Below are positions 41,965-45,945 of a DNA stretch of 45,945 bases, one piece after another. Source of the DNA: a virus (Duplodnaviria > Caudoviricetes); the IMG/VR virus record IMGVR_UViG_3300005764_000028, positions 1-45,945 of that record, one strand, 5' to 3'. Below the pieces are notes generated by a model. That model had not been told where the DNA came from, ran no database searches, and saw only the letters and a list, made by a program, of their open reading frames with translations. The position numbers and the translations under genes were made by a program. Numbering within the stretch: position 1 is the stretch's first letter; each line of letters starts with the position of its first letter.

Positions 41965-43500
41965 CTAGCCCTTACCGGGGAGCGCCCAGCCGGGCTTCAC
42001 GCCGTACGCGGCCAGCTGCTGGTCGATCATCTTCCTGACCTCGGCTTGTGAGTAGTTGAACCGGGTCATCAGCAGCTGCACCGACGGAAGCGCCATCGCC
42101 CGCCGCACCAGCGCCGGGTACTGGATCCTCTTCCTCGTTGTAGTCGTCGTCACCTTGTGGGTGATCGGGTTGGTGACCGAGACGTTTGACTTGATCTCCC
42201 GCTGGAGCCGCCGCACGTCGTTCAGCGCCTTCACCTTCTGGTCGCCTGCCTTCTGCTGCGGCGTCTTCCCGCCGCCGCCGCCACCGCCTGCCGCTCCCTT
42301 GTACGGGATCCTGTTGCCCTTCGCGTCGAGGATCGGGTGCCCGTACTGGTCCACCTGATACTTGTACGCGGCGCTGGCGGTGGTGTTGAGCTTCGGCGGG
42401 CCTGCCTGCTTGCCTGTCTTCACGATCGGGATCCGCTGGCCGTTCTGGAGGATCGGCTTGCCGTGGCTGTCCACGATGTAGCCGTACTTGCCGGACAGCG
42501 TCGGGTTCGGGAGCAGCAGCTTGTTGGCGGCGGCGTCCGCCTTCGTACTCGCCGCGGTCGCCTTCACGAGCCCGCTCTGGATCGCCAGCTGCTGCTTGAA
42601 CGCACGGTCAGCGGCAGCTGCCTTCGCGCTGAGCGCCTCGCCGTGCAGCTGCTGCCACAGGCTGAGCGTCTGCTGCGCGCCGGTTGCCCTGGCCTGACCG
42701 AGCGCGTCCATCCGCTGACGGCCGAGTGCGGACACGGCGGTGCGGGTGTCTTCGAGCCCGGTGAGCGCGGCGAGCCCCGGCAGCTTGCGCCCGTACTCCT
42801 GCGCGTGCGCGCCCTGTGAGATCAGCCGATCGAGGTCGGCCGAGCCCATCGCGTAGTTCGTGGCGGCGGCGCCGCGGCCGATCGCCTGGAGCCCCGCCGC
42901 CGCCTCCTTGCCGGGGAGCGCCCCCAGCTGCGAGGCAAGCTCGGTGGCCGCACCCGAGCCCTTGCCCGCGAGCAGGTTCGTGAGCGCGAGGTCGCTGCCC
43001 GACTGCGCGCCCTGCGCCTGCGCGTAGGCGGCTGCCATGTCCGGCGCGTACTGGCCGACGGCCCGCTCGTACTCCTTCGTCGCCGACGCGATCGACGCCG
43101 TCTGCGCGGCCCGCTCCCGGTCGTACTGCGCGTTGATCGCGGCCAGCTGAGGGTTCAGCGCCTTGTTGATCAGGATCTGCGCCTGCTCCCACAGCGTCAG
43201 CTTCTTCTTCGGCTTCCCTCTCGCTCCCGGCGCGATGTCGCTGACCCCGCCACGTCCGCCGCCGTGCAGCGGCCCGCCGGTCGGCGAGTACAGGTTGACG
43301 GTGTGGTCGCCGCCGGGGGCGATCTTCGGCCCGCCGCCGGGACCGACCTGAGATCCGGGCGCGATCCCGTGGTAGCTGACGCCGCCCGGCGCGTATCCAA
43401 CGACGGGCGGCGTGTACATCTTGATCGGCCGTCGCGGCGGCGGGCGGTAGTAGCTGACGCCGCCGGGGCGGTAGCCGATGTTGGGGTTGATGCGAGCCAT
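41965..43500 (-). CDS. Internal virion protein (511 aa), Ala/Gly/Gln-rich
   Basis: Position and composition typical of ejection proteins; repeated PGGVSY and Y-x-VD-x-x-G-x-PI motifs. Confidence 0.65.
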   Translation of the reverse strand: MARINPNIGYRPGGVSYYRPPPRRPIKMYTPPVVGYAPGGVSYHGIAPGSQVGPGGGPKIAPGGDHTVNLYSPTGGPLHGGGRGGVSDIAPGARGKPKKKLTLWEQAQILINKALNPQLAAINAQYDRERAAQTASIASATKEYERAVGQYAPDMAAAYAQAQGAQSGSDLALTNLLAGKGSGAATELASQLGALPGKEAAAGLQAIGRGAAATNYAMGSADLDRLISQGAHAQEYGRKLPGLAALTGLEDTRTAVSALGRQRMDALGQARATGAQQTLSLWQQLHGEALSAKAAAADRAFKQQLAIQSGLVKATAASTKADAAANKLLLPNPTLSGKYGYIVDSHGKPILQNGQRIPIVKTGKQAGPPKLNTTASAAYKYQVDQYGHPILDAKGNRIPYKGAAGGGGGGGKTPQQKAGDQKVKALNDVRRLQREIKSNVSVTNPITHKVTTTTTRKRIQYPALVRRAMALPSVQLLMTRFNYSQAEVRKMIDQQLAAYGVKPGWALPGKG

Positions 43501-43503
43501 CGC

Positions 43504-44433
43504 CTACCTTCCGTAGTGGATCCGGTGCTTCTTCGGGATCGGCTTGTACGAGACGCCGCCGGGGGCGTATCCGGCGGTCGGGGGCGTGTACAGCTTCACG
43601 ACCGCGTGCGTCTTCTTCTTCGGTGGCGTCGTCGTCGGGTGCGTGCCGGGAGTGATCGCCGGCGTCGTGTCGGTCTGCCCGCTGTCGGCGCCCTTCCCCG
43701 CCTCGATCCACCGGGCGTACGCGTCGGCGGCGGCGTCGGTGCGGCGCTGCTCGGCGAGCGACTTGGCCGACAGCAGCTGGGAGAGGATGTCGGCGAGGAC
43801 GCCCTGCGTCTTGCTTGTCTCCCCGGCGATCTGGCCGAGGTAGCCGGTCTGCTCCTGCTGGTTCGCGCGGGTGCGCGTCGAGGACGACCACAGGTTCGAC
43901 CTGTTCATGTTCTGCTCAATCTGCTGGACGTTCGCGAGGTGCCCGCGGAGCAGGTTCTTGAGCGTCGAGAACGGGTTCGCCTGGGCGGCGTCCGCCCACT
44001 TCTGGCCGAGTTGGAACGCCTTCGTGTTGGCGAGCCCTGGGTCGCCAAACTGGACGATCGCCTGCTCACGGGCGGCGCGGGCGGCGTCCTCGGCGTTCGC
44101 CACGTCCTGGTTGGCGAGCGCCATCACCTGCTGGTAGATCGGGTCGCTCCCGAACGCCGGGCCAGTCGCGCCGCCGCCGTACGGCGGCGCGGTGTGTGTC
44201 GGCGTCGTGGCGGCGGGCGGCTGGCCCGAGCCCGCGAGCGCAGGCCCGCCGGGGACGCGCTGCGCGGGCGGGATCGGCTTGTAGGAGACGCCGCCGGGTG
44301 CGTACCCGGTGGTCGGCGCGGTGTACAGCTTCGGCCGTTTCGGCGGCGGCGAGCGGTACACGACCCCGGCGGGTGCGTAGCCCTGCGACGGGGCGACCGG
44401 GTAGCGCGAGCCGGTGTACGGGTACGGGCTCAT
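43504..44433 (-). CDS. Internal virion protein (309 aa) with terminal peptide repeats
   Basis: ATG 44433 (ATGA overlap); KLYT-x-PT-x-GYAPGGVSYKPIP near both ends. Confidence 0.65.
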   Translation of the reverse strand: MSPYPYTGSRYPVAPSQGYAPAGVVYRSPPPKRPKLYTAPTTGYAPGGVSYKPIPPAQRVPGGPALAGSGQPPAATTPTHTAPPYGGGATGPAFGSDPIYQQVMALANQDVANAEDAARAAREQAIVQFGDPGLANTKAFQLGQKWADAAQANPFSTLKNLLRGHLANVQQIEQNMNRSNLWSSSTRTRANQQEQTGYLGQIAGETSKTQGVLADILSQLLSAKSLAEQRRTDAAADAYARWIEAGKGADSGQTDTTPAITPGTHPTTTPPKKKTHAVVKLYTPPTAGYAPGGVSYKPIPKKHRIHYGR

Positions 44434-45158
44434 CCGAGCTTCACCGGGGTGACCGAGATCCGCCGGAACGAGAAGGTGGCCGTGATCGGGGAGGCGTTGC
44501 CGAAGTAGATGAGTTTCAGCACGTCGCCCGCGGCGCGGGTCACCTCGACCTCGCGCTGCACCAGCAGCTGCTCCTCGTCGAAGGGCACTTGGTTCGTGAA
44601 GTCGTAGGGGGAGACGGGGGGCGACACGCCGTTCACCGTGACGCCGAAGCGCCGGGTGAAGGTGCCGCTCACCGCACCGGCATCCAGCGTCAGCGCGGAG
44701 ACGAGCGTGCGGTACACGCCTGCGACGGGGATCGTCACCGTGGAGCCGCCCAGGTCTTGCCACGTCGCGGTCGTCGCCGTCGTGACGGCCCCGTCGTCCG
44801 CGGCGCGCAACGCCGAGCCGCCGAGGAAGAACCACTTCCCCGCCGCGGCGACGTAGCGCAGCTGCCACATGAAGGTCGGGGCGGTGAGGCTGTCGGTGAG
44901 CGTGATGATCTGCCCGTCGCTCGCCGAGCCCGGAAGCGCCGTGACGAGCGTGCCGCCGCTCGTGGCGCTCGCCCCCGGCGCCCACGCGGTGCCGCTGAAC
45001 ACCGGCACCTGACCGACGGAGGCGCCGCTGTCATCGAGGTCGGCCAGTTTGACGTTGCCGTTGGCCCACTGCTCGATCGTGGTGAACGCCCCCGACACCT
45101 CGGTGGCGTCGCCCGTGTCACCCGGAGCAGGCTTGTACAAGGAGAGGTCGAGCGGCAT
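44430..45158 (-). CDS. Minor tail/fibre-like protein (242 aa)
   Basis: EV-x-x-x-F-x-x-I-x-x-W-x-NGN N-terminal attachment-type motif, GQVP-x-F-x-G-x-x-W-x-P, beta-rich C-terminus; AGGAGG RBS. Confidence 0.65.
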   Translation of the reverse strand: MPLDLSLYKPAPGDTGDATEVSGAFTTIEQWANGNVKLADLDDSGASVGQVPVFSGTAWAPGASATSGGTLVTALPGSASDGQIITLTDSLTAPTFMWQLRYVAAAGKWFFLGGSALRAADDGAVTTATTATWQDLGGSTVTIPVAGVYRTLVSALTLDAGAVSGTFTRRFGVTVNGVSPPVSPYDFTNQVPFDEEQLLVQREVEVTRAAGDVLKLIYFGNASPITATFSFRRISVTPVKLG

Positions 45159-45168
45159 AAGCGCCCTC

Positions 45169-45945
45169 CTAGAGTTGGCGCAGCGGGACGGACTTGAGAT
45201 GGATCGCGTACACGGCCCAGGAACCGACGATCGGCCGGATCGGCGAGCCGGACAGGCCGGGGGTCGTCTTCACGTCGGTGGTGGTCGCGTCGCAGCGGAA
45301 CGAGATCGCCTTGCACGTCCCCAGCGACGGCTCCGGGTCGGAGTATCCGGCGAATGAGTCCGGCCCCCACGTCGAGCCGTCGTTCCACTTCCAGCCGCTG
45401 TTCCACACGAACGCGCCGCCGCCGCCGATCGTCACGATGCGCGGGTCGCCTTGGGCGCGTAGATAGTCGATGCGGGTGAACGCGGTGAACGCGCCGTGCC
45501 CCTCGTACAACATGGAGCGGATGCGGCTCATGCGCTCGGCGTGCGGGGTGATCCACGCGGTCTGGTAGTAGGCGTGGATCGGCGTGCCGTCGTCGGTGCC
45601 GCCCGTGTCCTGCTTGTACACCTGCCCGGCCACGGTGGGGCTCCCGGCGAGCAGGTCGTCGTCGTGGGCGGCGTAGCAGGAGGCGGCGTTCGACCCGATG
45701 ACGGTGGCGGCGTCGCGCGGGTTCGCGGCGGGGTAGTGCTCCATCGCGAGGTCGTTCGCTGTCTTTCCGGTGGTGGGGACGCTGAACACGAGGTGCTGGC
45801 CTTTGCGTCCGGCGCACCACAGCGGCAGCTGGTCGAAGGCGAGTTGCTGGTTGTCCCACATCGGCCGCAGCTTGTCGCTCTCGATCTTCATCGGCCCACG
45901 GCCGTCGGTGTATGCGATGCCGACCTCGCTGATCGAGTACACGCG
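45169..45945 (-). CDS. C-terminal part of the tail stabilisation/nozzle-like gene whose N-terminus is at 1-932
   Basis: Frame open to the right edge (RVYSISEVGIAYTDG...); D-x-GG-x-DDG-x-PI-x-AYYQT-x-W motif typical of such C-termini. Confidence 0.7.
   Translation of the reverse strand, partial: RVYSISEVGIAYTDGRGPMKIESDKLRPMWDNQQLAFDQLPLWCAGRKGQHLVFSVPTTGKTANDLAMEHYPAANPRDAATVIGSNAASCYAAHDDDLLAGSPTVAGQVYKQDTGGTDDGTPIHAYYQTAWITPHAERMSRIRSMLYEGHGAFTAFTRIDYLRAQGDPRIVTIGGGGAFVWNSGWKWNDGSTWGPDSFAGYSDPEPSLGTCKAISFRCDATTTDVKTTPGLSGSPIRPIVGSWAVYAIHLKSVPLRQL

Noticed and set aside
43530-44335. DNA repeat pair as a DGR template/variable repeat or terminal repeat
   Set aside because: No reverse transcriptase in the window; both copies are in frame within one gene and encode the same peptide

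Overview
The window is almost certainly a near-complete, circularly permuted genome of a temperate tailed phage with very high GC (roughly 70% by eye). The host is probably an actinobacterium (inference from GC content, leaderless TANNNT promoters, an Rpf-like gene, a CHAP endolysin and an actinophage-type replication initiator). The two window ends fall inside what looks like one tail gene, separated by a small gap. Virion genes run on the minus strand and look podovirus-like: TerS, intein-containing TerL, portal, scaffold, capsid, collagen/Gly-rich fibre, adaptor, stabilisation/nozzle protein and large internal/ejection proteins, with no tape measure or major tail tube recognised. Also present are a lysis cassette, a small immunity region, an SbcCD/ParB/RusA recombination-replication block, two DNA methyltransferases, a tyrosine integrase and five HNH-type nuclease ORFs. 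The most notable features are: (1) two intact type II hammerhead ribozymes at gene junctions of the plus-strand early operon, flanking a two-gene cassette, plus a third structured junction and a repeated start-associated motif; (2) a TerL intein whose HNH endonuclease is encoded in an overlapping alternative reading frame; (3) a 68-nt non-canonical tRNA-like cloverleaf with a CAU anticodon downstream of the capsid gene; (4) an Xis-like domain in frame with the integrase; (5) a GYxPGGVSY peptide motif shared by adjacent internal virion proteins. Product calls rest on motif recognition and synteny only; no database searches were run.
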